Assembly (NCBI GenBank): GCA_003345595.1
Contig: PRDI01000049.1
Location: forward strand, 1-64,000
Reading direction: 5' to 3'
Source of the DNA: Candidatus Thorarchaeota archaeon
Lineage (GTDB): Archaea > Asgardarchaeota > Thorarchaeia > Thorarchaeales > Thorarchaeaceae
Length of the DNA stretch: 64,000 bases
In this document: one piece after another, positions 47,006-57,339 of the stretch
Numbering within the stretch: the first letter of the stretch is position 1
How the letters are laid out: every line of letters starts with the position of its first letter
Notes under the pieces: model-generated
Seen by the model: the letters and a program-made list of their open reading frames with translations, nothing else
Told to the model about the DNA's origin: nothing
Databases searched by the model: none
Translations under genes and position numbers: made by a program

Positions 47006-49096
47006 ATGTCGAGGCTGGAATCGATGTCAGGTCATGATGAGGGTCCACAAGAGAGATTCGAGGAGTTCCTTCGCACTTACAAGGATGAGCATGGGAATCT
47101 CACCTACTGGCCCAAGTGCCAGCAGATGTCTCTCAACGACGAAACGTCGCTCGTGGTAGACTTCCAAGACTTAGTGAGCTTTGACAACATGTTTGCAGTA
47201 CTGGCTGCCGAGAATCCAGAATCGTTTCTCAGTACAGCCAGCAATGCATTGCTTTCGATTCTCAGAATAGAGGATCCTGACTATGTGAGTAAACTGGACA
47301 TCACCACAATCAAGATTCGGATAATCAACTACTCCGAACACGTTCCTCTCCGGCACATAAGATCGAAACACATAGGCAAAATGATTCAGATAAGCGGAAT
47401 CATGATGCGGGCAAGTGAGGTCAAGCCCCTCCTAGTCGAAGCTGTCTTCAGATGCAGGGTCTGCGGACAGGACATACCACAGGCACAGGAGGACGGCCGT
47501 TATACTGAGCCTCCGCTATGTCCTACCTGTGGCAAGAAGACAGCCATGCGACTCATTCCTGAGCAATCCAGATTCGTAGACTGGCAGAAAGTGAGAATAC
47601 AGGAATCTCCCGACGAGCTTCCTCCTGGGCAGATGCCGAGGTCGGTTGATGTGGTTCTCGAAGGTGACATTGTCGATCTGTCTCGACCTGGCGACCTAGT
47701 GAAACTCGCAGGAGTACTTCAGACGACGCCTGACTTCTCGCGGCACGGTGGCAGGTTGGCCACGTTCAACGTCTTCATAGAGGCCAATGGCGTTGAAATC
47801 GCCGAAAAGGAGTACGAACAACTTGAGATATCGGAGGAAGATGAGAAGCGCATACGTGAATTGGCGGAAGATCCCTATGTACATGAAAGGGTGTATGCGT
47901 CCATCGCGCCCTCTATTCATGGTCATGAACACGTGAAAGAATCCATTGCCCTGCTGCTGCTCGGGGGCGTGGAGAAAATACTGCCTGATGGTACACACCT
48001 CAGAGGAAGGTCTAACATCCTGATTATCGGTGATCCAGGTACTGGGAAAAGCCAAATCCTCAAATTCGTGGCCGGCCTTGCTTCACGTGGTCTCTATACC
48101 TCTGGCAAAGGCACTACTGCAGCAGGGCTGACGGCAGCTGTGATCCACGATACGGACACAGGAGCCATGACGCTTGAGGCGGGAGCACTGGTGCTAGCTG
48201 ACCAAGGAATTGCATGCATTGACGAATTCGACAAGATGGACCCAAACGATCGGACCGCTATACATGAAGCTATGGAACAGCATACGGTCAGCATAGCCAA
48301 GGCCGGAATCGTCGCCACGCTCAATGCAAGGACCTCAATTCTGGCCGCGGCAAATCCTGCTCTGGGCCGATACGAGCCCTCAATGTCGATACAGGACAAC
48401 ATAAAACTCCCATTCACGATTCTCTCAAGGTTTGACCTGACTTGGATACTTGTAGACACGGTTGAGCCCACGAAGGACAGGGAGCTAGCTCAGTTCATAC
48501 TAAGCATGCATCAGAGGAAGAAAAGCCCAATCAAGGAAACAGTTCCTCCAATAGCGCCTGAGTTCTTGAAGAAGTACATTGGTTACGCCAATCGCTATGT
48601 GATACCTCAGCTCACAGCTGAGGCTGCTGAAGTCATTGAGAACTTCTATGTAGACCTCCGCAAGAGTGCAGAAGGCGGCGCGGCGCCTGTGCCAATCACT
48701 GCTCGTCAGCTGGAATCATTGGTTCGTCTTGCAGAGGCAAGAGCAAGAATGGCTCTACGTCCCAAAGTGACCAAGGAAGATGCCCAGGCGGCAGTCCGTC
48801 TGATGCAAGAATCGCTACGAATGGTTGCTCTAGACACTACGACTGGGAAGATCGATATAGACCGACTTGTGTCTAAGATGAGCGCTGCTCAGCGGAGTTC
48901 GTCAGACGTGATTCTGAAAGCCGTGAAGGATATGGAAGCCGAAGGCTCTCCAGTTGTGAGCGAGGATGCATTGATACAAAGAGTTACTGCCATGGGTCTC
49001 TCAAAAGAACGTGCTGAAGAAGTCATCAAGAAGCTTGTTGCAGAGGGCATCCTGTTCAACCCACGTGAAGGTAAGATTAAGCGGGCTCAAGCATGA
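47006..49096 (+). CDS. mcm: MCM replicative helicase (no intein)
   Basis: Zn finger, GDPGTGKS, LEAGALVLAD, IDEFDKM, AMEQ, SRFD and TARQLESL. Confidence 0.98.
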   Translation: MSRLESMSGHDEGPQERFEEFLRTYKDEHGNLTYWPKCQQMSLNDETSLVVDFQDLVSFDNMFAVLAAENPESFLSTASNALLSILRIEDPDYVSKLDITTIKIRIINYSEHVPLRHIRSKHIGKMIQISGIMMRASEVKPLLVEAVFRCRVCGQDIPQAQEDGRYTEPPLCPTCGKKTAMRLIPEQSRFVDWQKVRIQESPDELPPGQMPRSVDVVLEGDIVDLSRPGDLVKLAGVLQTTPDFSRHGGRLATFNVFIEANGVEIAEKEYEQLEISEEDEKRIRELAEDPYVHERVYASIAPSIHGHEHVKESIALLLLGGVEKILPDGTHLRGRSNILIIGDPGTGKSQILKFVAGLASRGLYTSGKGTTAAGLTAAVIHDTDTGAMTLEAGALVLADQGIACIDEFDKMDPNDRTAIHEAMEQHTVSIAKAGIVATLNARTSILAAANPALGRYEPSMSIQDNIKLPFTILSRFDLTWILVDTVEPTKDRELAQFILSMHQRKKSPIKETVPPIAPEFLKKYIGYANRYVIPQLTAEAAEVIENFYVDLRKSAEGGAAPVPITARQLESLVRLAEARARMALRPKVTKEDAQAAVRLMQESLRMVALDTTTGKIDIDRLVSKMSAAQRSSSDVILKAVKDMEAEGSPVVSEDALIQRVTAMGLSKERAEEVIKKLVAEGILFNPREGKIKRAQA

Positions 49097-49134
49097 GAAA
49101 GGAGCCCATAAGATCTTGAACGGGGCGGACGACA

Positions 49135-51375
49135 ACGCGTCTTGACGAGATTCCAATAAACCAGCAAGTCATTTCCTTACTCCAAGAGAGTGGCATATCC
49201 AATCTCTTTCCGCCGCAAGAGGCGGCCTTCAATACCGGTGTGCTTGATGGAAAGAACCTCGTGCTTGCAGTCCCCACCAGCTCTGGCAAGACACTGGTCT
49301 CTGAGATTTGCATGCTCAAAGCCATACTAGAGAGAAAAGTGAAGGCGGTGTATCTCGTTCCGCTCAAGTCTTTGGCGCGAGAGAAGTACGACGAGTTCAG
49401 GAAGTATGAGAAACTTGGAATACTGACAGCGATGTCTGTAGGCGACTACGATTCTCCCGGGGCGAAGTTATCCGATGCAGACATCCTCGTGTTGACTACC
49501 GAACGAGCGGATTCGCTCATTTGTCACAAACCTGAGTGGATTGACGACATCGGGGTCGTCGTGGTTGATGAAGTCCATCTAGTCAATGACCCCTCCAGAG
49601 GCCCGACACTTGAGATGGTAATCGCCAAAATCACTCAGATGCTTCCAAACATCCAGCTGATTGCTCTGAGTGCCACAATACCGAATGCCGAGGATATTGC
49701 AGCTTGGCTGAAAGCGGAACTGGTCAGGAGTTCATGGCGGCCTGTTCCTCTCAGTGAAGGAGTCCTTTTCGAGAGCAAAATCAGATTCAGCAATGGGTCT
49801 TCTCGACCGATTCGGCATGCGCGAGGCGAGGAGCTGGCTGATCTCGTCTGTGACACATTAGATGAGAATGGCCAAGTCTTGGTCTTTGTTTCAAGCCGCC
49901 GTTCTGCGGTGTCGGTAGCAAACAGGACTGTACCCATTGTACGACCCTACATCTCCCGGAGTTCCATGGAAACGATATCTCAGGCATCCGGTCGGATAGC
50001 AGGGGGCCCCAGCGCTCCTGAGGCGTCCAAGGTGCTGGCTAAGATGATGCAGGCTGGTGTGGCCTTTCATCATGCAGGTCTGACAGGTCCGGAGCGCACG
50101 ACAGTCGAAGACTGCTTCAAGGGTAATCTACTGAAGGTGATTGTTGCTACTCCGACGCTGGCGGCCGGGATCAACTTACCCGCGAGACGTGTTGTGATAC
50201 GCGATTATCGTCGTTACGAAGAGGAGCGTGGAAATCAACCTATTCCTGTGCTAGAGTACAAGCAGATGGCGGGTCGCGCAGGCCGCCCCAAGTACGATCA
50301 GTACGGGGAGGCGGTCCTAGTAGCAAGGACAGAAGAGGAGTACGACTTTCTGATGGACCACTACGTTTCATCTGAACCCGAGGAGATCAGATCCAAGCTG
50401 GCCTCAGAGTCTGCAATCCGTTTCCATTTGTTGTCATCTATAGCTGGAGAGATGACACACAACAGGGAAGAGATAGATCGTCTCATGGATGGCACCTTCT
50501 TTTCTTATCAGTTCAATCGCTGGGAGATTGACCACTACATCTCCTCTGCACTGGATTTTCTTGAAGAGGGCCGATTAGTTGGGCGGAGCAAAAACGATGA
50601 GCTCTACGCGACCGGTCTGGGGGAAAGGGCCGCAAAGCTGTACATTGATCCTGAGACTGCTATCTTGTTTCGAGATGCACTATCAGAGGTCGAGGCCTTC
50701 CATCCACTCGGTATGCTCCATCTCATATGCAGTACCCCTGATCAGCCTCTCACACATGCATCACAGGCCGAAACCGAAGACTGTGAAGTCTTCATCGGTG
50801 ATCATGAGGGTGAGTTCATTGTTGACATATCCGAACAGATGGATGACTATGAAGAGTATCCGCGTTTTCTTGCGCAAGTCAAGACCGCGCGAATGTTGAA
50901 TGACTGGATATCTGAGCGAACAGAACGAAGTATCACTGAGGACTACGATGTAGGGATGGGCGATGTTCATCGCTACATTGAGGCTGCGGATTGGTTGATA
51001 CACGCTGCATCTGAGGTCGCTCGAGTTACTGGCAGGTCGCAACTGATTCCTTCTCTGCATGCGCTTCAAGTACGGGTCAAGAACGGCGTACTTCCAGAGC
51101 TATTGGAGCTCGTCGGTCTGAGAGGCGTCGGACGCGTAAGAGGTCGAATGCTGTTCAATCACGGTCTGAGAACTCTTTCCGACTTGTACCGGGCTCCAGT
51201 AGAAGAGATAGCCAGAGTACCTGCAATTGGACTCACCATCGCCGAGTCCATAAAGCACCAGCTGGGTTTCGAAACGAGTGATGCTGGCGACAAAGTTCCA
51301 GCCACAAGCGAGCGGGATGACCAGTCTGCTTCAGCACAGACACTGCTTGAGGAGTTTGAAGACGAAGACAGCTAG
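49135..51375 (+). CDS. hel308: Hel308/Hjm Ski2-like DNA helicase; N-terminus extends upstream of the ORF-track start at 49240
   Basis: Q-motif LFPPQ, PTSSGKT, DEVH, SAT, HHAGL and QMAGRAGRP. The in-frame sequence back to ACG 49135 contains no ATG/GTG/TTG. Confidence 0.95.
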   Translation, partial: TRLDEIPINQQVISLLQESGISNLFPPQEAAFNTGVLDGKNLVLAVPTSSGKTLVSEICMLKAILERKVKAVYLVPLKSLAREKYDEFRKYEKLGILTAMSVGDYDSPGAKLSDADILVLTTERADSLICHKPEWIDDIGVVVVDEVHLVNDPSRGPTLEMVIAKITQMLPNIQLIALSATIPNAEDIAAWLKAELVRSSWRPVPLSEGVLFESKIRFSNGSSRPIRHARGEELADLVCDTLDENGQVLVFVSSRRSAVSVANRTVPIVRPYISRSSMETISQASGRIAGGPSAPEASKVLAKMMQAGVAFHHAGLTGPERTTVEDCFKGNLLKVIVATPTLAAGINLPARRVVIRDYRRYEEERGNQPIPVLEYKQMAGRAGRPKYDQYGEAVLVARTEEEYDFLMDHYVSSEPEEIRSKLASESAIRFHLLSSIAGEMTHNREEIDRLMDGTFFSYQFNRWEIDHYISSALDFLEEGRLVGRSKNDELYATGLGERAAKLYIDPETAILFRDALSEVEAFHPLGMLHLICSTPDQPLTHASQAETEDCEVFIGDHEGEFIVDISEQMDDYEEYPRFLAQVKTARMLNDWISERTERSITEDYDVGMGDVHRYIEAADWLIHAASEVARVTGRSQLIPSLHALQVRVKNGVLPELLELVGLRGVGRVRGRMLFNHGLRTLSDLYRAPVEEIARVPAIGLTIAESIKHQLGFETSDAGDKVPATSERDDQSASAQTLLEEFEDEDS

Positions 51376-52442
51376 AGCAGGATACCCTCTAGGTTTTTCT
51401 CAATTACCTTCACCAAATCCCCTGTATAGCGTGTGCAAATGTCGCTCTCTGAGTGGCTCTCTCCATGTTTCGTTATTTCACGGCCGCACAATTCCTCAAG
51501 AAGATTCTGGGATGCGCTGCCCACTACGTCCAGATTGTATCCTCCTTCAAGGAAGAATGCAAGCCTGCCCTGTGCGTTCTGTTGAGCAATTGCCTTGATT
51601 CGCCTATTCATCATGGAGATGCCAGAGTTCGTGAGACCCATGCTCGTCAGAGTGTCCTGAAAATGACAGTCAAACCCGGCCGAAACGAGCACGAATTGAG
51701 GCTTGTAGGCCTTTGCCAAGGGTTCGACTATGCGATTGAAGACTACATCGTAGGATTTGTCCCCGGCACCCGGGTACATCGACAAGTTCACGGTATAGCC
51801 CTTGCCCTCTCCGGTTCCAATCTCATCAGGAAAACCCGAACCCGGGAATATCGTACGCCCGTCTTGATGCATAGTGACATAGAGAACCTTGTTGGTGGAA
51901 TAGAAGGCTCTTTGCGTTCCATTGCCATGGTGCGCATCGTAGTCAATGATCATCACTCTGTCAAGCTTTCTCTTTGTAACAAGATGATTTGCGGCAACTG
52001 CGATGTTATTGACAAAACAGAATCCGAGCGCACTATCATATTCTGCATGGTGCCCAGGGGGTCTACAAAGGATGTAGGCGTTGTTGCTCTTGCCATCCAT
52101 TATCCTATCGACAGCTCCAATGCCTCCTCCTGCCGCCAACACCATGGCTTCATACGTGAATGCGTTCACTGCAGTATCGAGAGTAAAGAAACCACCACCT
52201 CGACGAGACTTCTCACGTATGTCCGTAATGTACCTCCTGTCGTGTAGAGCGTATATTTCACTGAGATCTGGTGGTTCTGGTGTGACCAGTCTGATGTCAC
52301 CAGCCTTGAGTAAGCCTGCTCCATCTATGTATTTCATGGCCGTTCTCAAGCGTTCCGGACTCTCCGGATGTCCCGGAGATATCTCATGTTTCGTGAACAC
52401 TTCATGATACACCAAGTCAGTTGTCATCTCAGGATTCCTCAA
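51372..52442 (-). CDS. Histone deacetylase-family (Zn-dependent) hydrolase
   Basis: HPESPER, RPPGHHA, GFC, DYDAHHGNGTQ, SAGFD and LEGGY. Confidence 0.95.
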   Translation of the reverse strand: MRNPEMTTDLVYHEVFTKHEISPGHPESPERLRTAMKYIDGAGLLKAGDIRLVTPEPPDLSEIYALHDRRYITDIREKSRRGGGFFTLDTAVNAFTYEAMVLAAGGGIGAVDRIMDGKSNNAYILCRPPGHHAEYDSALGFCFVNNIAVAANHLVTKRKLDRVMIIDYDAHHGNGTQRAFYSTNKVLYVTMHQDGRTIFPGSGFPDEIGTGEGKGYTVNLSMYPGAGDKSYDVVFNRIVEPLAKAYKPQFVLVSAGFDCHFQDTLTSMGLTNSGISMMNRRIKAIAQQNAQGRLAFFLEGGYNLDVVGSASQNLLEELCGREITKHGESHSESDICTRYTGDLVKVIEKNLEGILL

Positions 52443-52650
52443 TAGTGTAAGACTCTCAGACCTACAGGATCAATGGCACGCTGATGAAGGCCTGAAACCA
52501 CTTGCTGTTGGCAGGTAACTTAACTGATATGGTACAGCTCAGTGTAGCCAATCGATGAAGCCGACTAACACACTGTCGGCGGACAACAGCTGAGTAGAGC
52601 ATCATGGATAATCTTTATCTTCGCGTTGGTCGACGCCAGCCCCGAGTCAT

Positions 52651-52788
52651 GGGTCGGTAGTCTAGCTTGGTATGATTCTTGCTTGGGGTGGTTCTGGCGT
52701 TGTTGCCAGCACCACAGAATGCAAGCGGACGGGAGTTCAAGCAGCCGGGGACTTCCCCCGACTGGAACTCATCTCCCCCGGCCCACCA
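52651..52788 (+). tRNA. tRNA-Pro(GGG) with two introns: 37/38 (52689-52719) and 58/59 (52741-52770); CCA encoded
   Basis: Acceptor stem GGGTCGG/CCGGCCC, anticodon stem CTTGC/GCAAG; the T-loop intron has a strict BHB (GTTC/GAAC helix, bulges AAG and TCA). Confidence 0.92.
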
Positions 52789-52789
52789 T

Positions 52790-53356
52790 TCACCTCTTTT
52801 CGGGAATTTCCCACAGGGTTTCATAGATTGGCCCGGGTGATGTGAGGGTGCTCTTGGTCATTTGAAAAGACGAAACTGTCATTGTACCGGCAGACTCTCT
52901 GACTAATGACTCCAAGCTCTTGACAATCCCCTCTCTATCATTCACTGCCCGTACTCGGGCTATCGTAGCATGCGCCTTGAACCCTTTCTCAAGAGGATAC
53001 CCCAGATTCGCCAGTTCCGTGTCGATTCTTTCCTTGAGATCAGTCATTTCCTGTGCATTCTGCGAAACCCCAATCCATATGACATTCGGGCGTCGTGGGT
53101 TTGGAAAGGCACCGATGCCCTCCACCTGAATTGTGAATGGCGAAAACTGCAGTACGCCCAGAGCCTTCCTCATCTCATCTATTCTTGATACTGGAGTATC
53201 ACCAAAGAATCGGAGTGTAAAGTGTATGTTGTTCTTCTCCACGAGCTTAAGTTTGGCAGCTTTACTGTCAAGTCGACTCTGAATACGTGATATTCGAGCA
53301 AGGAGCGCATCGTCTCTGATGTCAATACTTAGAAACACCCTCATCTTTTCTGACAA
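52790..53356 (-). CDS. thpR: RNA 2',3'-cyclic phosphodiesterase (2H family, LigT/ThpR)
   Basis: Two HxT motifs (HFTL, HATI) and GAFP..RP.VIW. Confidence 0.93.
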   Translation of the reverse strand: MSEKMRVFLSIDIRDDALLARISRIQSRLDSKAAKLKLVEKNNIHFTLRFFGDTPVSRIDEMRKALGVLQFSPFTIQVEGIGAFPNPRRPNVIWIGVSQNAQEMTDLKERIDTELANLGYPLEKGFKAHATIARVRAVNDREGIVKSLESLVRESAGTMTVSSFQMTKSTLTSPGPIYETLWEIPEKR

Positions 53357-53630
53357 GTGGCACGCCTCAAGTCTTCTCTGAGTGAGCTCCGCCTGATTAA
53401 TACTAGCGTTACGTCATCCGCGACGAACGCTTTCAAACGGCGCCATGGGAGGACGAACCCGGCAAGGCTAGTTGGATCAAAGGCTGAAGGCATCTAAGAG
53501 TGATTTCTCACTGGATTCTGGTCCATATGGTTAGATGTGTCGACACCAGTTGCTGGGAGCAAGCAGTGCCGACCACAAAGGAGATTTAGCACACATCTAG
53601 ACTCAGCTGTGTCAGGTTGGACATATTGTC

Positions 53631-54227
53631 ATGAATCTCGTCATTATCACAGGAATGCCAGGTGCAGGAAAGAGCGAACTAGCGCAGATTTTCCGTGATG
53701 CAGGTTTTCCAGTCATTGTGATGGGTGATGTCATCCGTGAAGAGAGCCGAAAGAGAGGTCTTGAGGCCAACTCCGAAAGCACGAAGAAGGTCATGCTGGA
53801 TCTTCGTGAACGAGAGGGCCCGGGAGCAATCGCTATTCATTGTCTTGACGAGCTGAAGACGCAGACGTCCCCGGCGGTTGTCATCGAGGGCTGTCGGAGC
53901 GTTGCAGAAGTTGAGGTCTTTCAGCAGTACGCCCAGTCGGTCGCGATTGTGTGTATTCATTCATCTCCGCTCACCAGGTTTGCTCGCCTATGCCAACGGG
54001 CACGCGAAGATGCTCCTCCAGAGTGGTCAAGCTTCCGGGAGCGCGACCTCAGGGAAATCTCGGTGGGTCTTGGTGGGGTTATTGCATTGAGTGACATAAT
54101 GCTGATCAATGAAGGATCCATTGAAGTCCTGCGCAAGTCAGGGAGAAGAGTTGTAGCGAGGTTTCAGAAAGATGCAAGCCGTCGTGCGAAGCCGCGTATA
54201 TCCGACAGAAGACCGAGAACGAGTTGA
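53631..54227 (+). CDS. UPF0200 P-loop nucleotide kinase-like protein
   Basis: ITGMPGAGKS, MGDVIREE, IEGCRS and RDLRE. Confidence 0.85.
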   Translation: MNLVIITGMPGAGKSELAQIFRDAGFPVIVMGDVIREESRKRGLEANSESTKKVMLDLREREGPGAIAIHCLDELKTQTSPAVVIEGCRSVAEVEVFQQYAQSVAIVCIHSSPLTRFARLCQRAREDAPPEWSSFRERDLREISVGLGGVIALSDIMLINEGSIEVLRKSGRRVVARFQKDASRRAKPRISDRRPRTS

Positions 54228-54597
54228 GAAAGCAATCGCAAATATCTTCGCTGATCTTTCTTACGCTATAGTTGAAGATGAAACGTACTTCGAGGTGCAG
54301 TCCTCTCTCAATCGAGTTGGCTCTCTTGACTGGCTTCGACAAAGAATCCATGAGCTCAAGATAATCGATGCTGTGCGTTCACGATTGCTGTCCAACTGGA
54401 GTGGAAGTTCAACATGGTTGTGCCTTGATAAGCAGGCCGCTTTCTCAGGAAGGGTCAGAATCGCTGACGACTCTGAAGAATCTCCACCGCTTGGATTCAT
54501 AGAGATTGTATTGCAGTTTGATACAGAGCCAGAGTTCCAGAGATTCCTGACTTGGTTTGTTCCGCGTACTGCAGACGGACACGTTATTGAGGGCTAG
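54172..54597 (+). CDS. UPF0201/DUF54 RNA-binding-like protein
   Basis: VYPTED...V.KAI.NIF, LDKQAAF.GRV and PLG.I. Confidence 0.85.
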   Translation: MQAVVRSRVYPTEDRERVEKAIANIFADLSYAIVEDETYFEVQSSLNRVGSLDWLRQRIHELKIIDAVRSRLLSNWSGSSTWLCLDKQAAFSGRVRIADDSEESPPLGFIEIVLQFDTEPEFQRFLTWFVPRTADGHVIEG

Positions 54598-55619
54598 AAT
54601 CTCAGCACAAATACTTCGCGTGTCAACCCGCTATGCACAGGTACCGGTAGTCGAAGCTCTGGGGTGAAACCGCAGTCAGTCATCAATTGCAGAACGTTCA
54701 TTTCAGCACTTCCACAAAGACACACACTTCCTCCTTTCGACAGTAATCCACTGGCTTGTTGCAGGAGTGAACTGACCAGTTTTGTTGCCTCTGCTCCACG
54801 GGTCGAGCTGGACCTGCCATATGGAGGATCTGTCACAACACAATGGCATCCTCGTACTGGGATTGAATGGGCATCACCGTGAATGAGAGAATAGTCGGCA
54901 TCACCAATACTCATCAGATTGATGCGCGCCCCCGTCAACAATCGCCAGCTGAGATCAAGTCCAATCGCTTTGGCTCCGATATGCGAAACCTCGCACAGTA
55001 TTCCACCTGCTCCGCAGAATGGGTCAAGTACAATGTGATCTGGCATAACACCCGCAAGATTGCACATTACTCTTGCCAAGAACGAGTTCATCATAGAGGG
55101 GTGAAAGAAAGGCATCGATCCCGGGCTTCTTCTCCTCAGCTGACTGCGCAGTCTAGACTGGTTTGATTCACACATCAAGACCCGCTGTGGCTCTAGAACA
55201 AGCAATATGCTCACAACAGGATTCTTCACGGCAACCTTGGCTCCGGTTGATGTCCTAATTGACTCTCCAAGTAATCGAATGGCTGATTCTCTGCTTCTCG
55301 TTTCTTCGACCCCAGTGAGGTTCAACACTCTGATGTAGAAGCTGTCCCCCGGTTTAATCCAAGCTCGAATCTGATCCCAGCAATCGTCTTGCATCATGTC
55401 TTCGAAGCTGCTAGACTCAAATACGACGGCACCCGCTTCTTTAGTTAGCGCCGCTCTCTCCAGTATGAATGAAGAAGGGTCTGGATGGCAACGAACGAGG
55501 GCCAACGGTCCAGACCAATTCATGCTTGCTTCAATGCCCGATGCGCGGATAAGAGCTTGGACTTCAGCTTGGGCCAGAGTGACATTCTCGCCAGATACCA
55601 ACACGAAGTATCTGTTCAA
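54594..55619 (-). CDS. tRNA (guanine-10)-N2 methyltransferase Trm11/TrmG10 (THUMP + MTase)
   Basis: PFFHPSMM, LDPFCGAGG and TDPPYG. Confidence 0.88.
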   Translation of the reverse strand: MNRYFVLVSGENVTLAQAEVQALIRASGIEASMNWSGPLALVRCHPDPSSFILERAALTKEAGAVVFESSSFEDMMQDDCWDQIRAWIKPGDSFYIRVLNLTGVEETRSRESAIRLLGESIRTSTGAKVAVKNPVVSILLVLEPQRVLMCESNQSRLRSQLRRRSPGSMPFFHPSMMNSFLARVMCNLAGVMPDHIVLDPFCGAGGILCEVSHIGAKAIGLDLSWRLLTGARINLMSIGDADYSLIHGDAHSIPVRGCHCVVTDPPYGRSSSTRGAEATKLVSSLLQQASGLLSKGGSVCLCGSAEMNVLQLMTDCGFTPELRLPVPVHSGLTREVFVLRF

Positions 55620-55628
55620 ACCCCTTTC

Positions 55629-56399
55629 CTACTCCTCTGTGGCATAGTCTTCTCCACCAGCGAATATTCGCTGCATTTCACCGTAGAGCGTTTCCATCCC
55701 TGACATCTGTTTCGCAGATGCTGGTATTACAGTTGCAGCCCCTCCAAGGTCGTCCAACATTCTGAGTATGGAGTCAGAATACTCCCGGAGCAATCCCCCC
55801 TCTGAGGTGTCCAGAGCTTCTTCAAGTAGGTAGGAGTCTTCTGACCAACCAACTATCTCTTGGACTTGATTCTCCAATAGTATGTCCTGTTTGCTCAGGA
55901 CATTCAGCTGAGGTAGTCCGAATCTTATGCTGATCGACAAACCGAGCAACATTGAAGAGAGATAGCCAGCTGGAGTACGTGCGATGTTCGAGTCAAGGAG
56001 GTAGATGGACAAGGCTGGGTCTTGTCCCCTGATGCTGGAAATCATCAATGGACCTGAGTTTCGATATGCAAAGAGTTCCATCTGTCCTGGACAGTCAATC
56101 AGGACGTAATTCGCCTCTGTATCGACAATCTCTCCCCTAAGCTCGTTCGCGAAGCTGACCGCCATATCTAGGCTCGCAACAAGTGCACCATTTGGCCCAA
56201 GACCGTACTTGTTCATCACCTCAGCGTAGTCGACATACTCTCGGATATCGACATCACTAGTGTAAGGCAGATCTTCCACACCCGGGTCGAGATTGACCAC
56301 TGCGACACTCAAGTCTGATTCTGTCAGCCACTTCTCCAAAGAAGCGGTCAGCATAGACTTGCCCGAGCCAGCTGTACCAACTATGACAGAGCAAAACAT
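55629..56399 (-). CDS. GPN-loop GTPase
   Basis: GTAGSGKS, NLDPG, LGPNG and DCPGQMELF. Confidence 0.95.
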   Translation of the reverse strand: MFCSVIVGTAGSGKSMLTASLEKWLTESDLSVAVVNLDPGVEDLPYTSDVDIREYVDYAEVMNKYGLGPNGALVASLDMAVSFANELRGEIVDTEANYVLIDCPGQMELFAYRNSGPLMISSIRGQDPALSIYLLDSNIARTPAGYLSSMLLGLSISIRFGLPQLNVLSKQDILLENQVQEIVGWSEDSYLLEEALDTSEGGLLREYSDSILRMLDDLGGAATVIPASAKQMSGMETLYGEMQRIFAGGEDYATEE

Positions 56400-56577
56400 C
56401 TACTAGACCGCGAAAAGGGGCAAGCTATTCCGGTCTTGAGTTCTTCGGTTGTCCAAATGCGCACACTCCTATTGTTCTACGACTGGCAGTTCTGCGATTT
56501 ACCGTGTCTCGTCACTTGTCGACATTTGCTTTGGTTTTCGCGCAAGTCTTATCTGTCCACATAAGTCGTCTTGACTC

Positions 56578-57324
56578 ATGGACCAGAGTGAGGCGCTGCG
56601 AAGACTTGCAGAGGCGATAGCTGGAGAGATCTGTCTTGCTGAAACAGACCCCGGTGCAGTCATGAAGAGGTGGCGCGAGCGTTTTCAGATCTCCCAGAAG
56701 CATCTTGCCAAGCATCTCAGTGTTTCTCCATCAGTGATAAGCGATTATGAAAGCGGAAGAAGGAAGTCGCCGCGTGTCGAAACTATTCGAAGGTTCGTTG
56801 AAGGGCTGATCGAGATGGACGCTGAGAATGGGAGTCGAGTCGCAATGGCACTTGAGAAACTCGTCACTCCTGAGATTGCATCGGACGCCATACTTGATAG
56901 CCGCGAGTTCGGTGTACCGGTGCCCGCAAGGCTGCTCATCAAGCACTTGGGCTGCAAGGTGCTAACTCATGAAGGTCTGCTTGACCGTGACATCTACGGT
57001 TACACAGCCCTGGACAGTGTAAAGGCGATAGTCGCTCTTACTCCCCAGCAGCTTCTTCGTCTATATGGTGGAACGACCCAGAGAGCTGCAATCCTTACGA
57101 ATGTTTCAACGGGCCGCTCTCCTATGGTCGCAATCAAAGCCAGCCAGATAGGGACATCTTCCGCCGTAAAGCCTGCGGTCGTCGTACTCCAGGGTGTGAA
57201 GGAGCTGGACCCACTTGCCATCAGGATTGCAGAGAGCATCCATCTGCCTCTGTGCACATCAAGCCACGCATCAGCAGAGGATCTAATCCGCAGTCTAAGG
57301 GCTTTCAATCCGCACGTTGAGTAA
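56578..57324 (+). CDS. Archaeal HTH transcriptional regulator (COG1709-like)
   Basis: IAGEI, SPSVISDYESGRRKSP and VSTGRSPMVAI. Confidence 0.9.
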   Translation: MDQSEALRRLAEAIAGEICLAETDPGAVMKRWRERFQISQKHLAKHLSVSPSVISDYESGRRKSPRVETIRRFVEGLIEMDAENGSRVAMALEKLVTPEIASDAILDSREFGVPVPARLLIKHLGCKVLTHEGLLDRDIYGYTALDSVKAIVALTPQQLLRLYGGTTQRAAILTNVSTGRSPMVAIKASQIGTSSAVKPAVVVLQGVKELDPLAIRIAESIHLPLCTSSHASAEDLIRSLRAFNPHVE

Positions 57325-57339
57325 TAGAAACGGAGGTCA

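Noticed and set aside
47006-49096. Inteins in MCM, RFC or Cdc6
   Set aside because: Protein lengths are normal and the motifs are uninterrupted.
52481-52520. Hammerhead-like core CTGATGA-AGGCCT-GAAA with a possible stem III (ACC/GGT) and a GTA triplet
   Set aside because: Stem II would be only about 1 bp and stem I cannot form (GGCACG versus ACTTAA). Box spacing also does not fit a C/D guide RNA.
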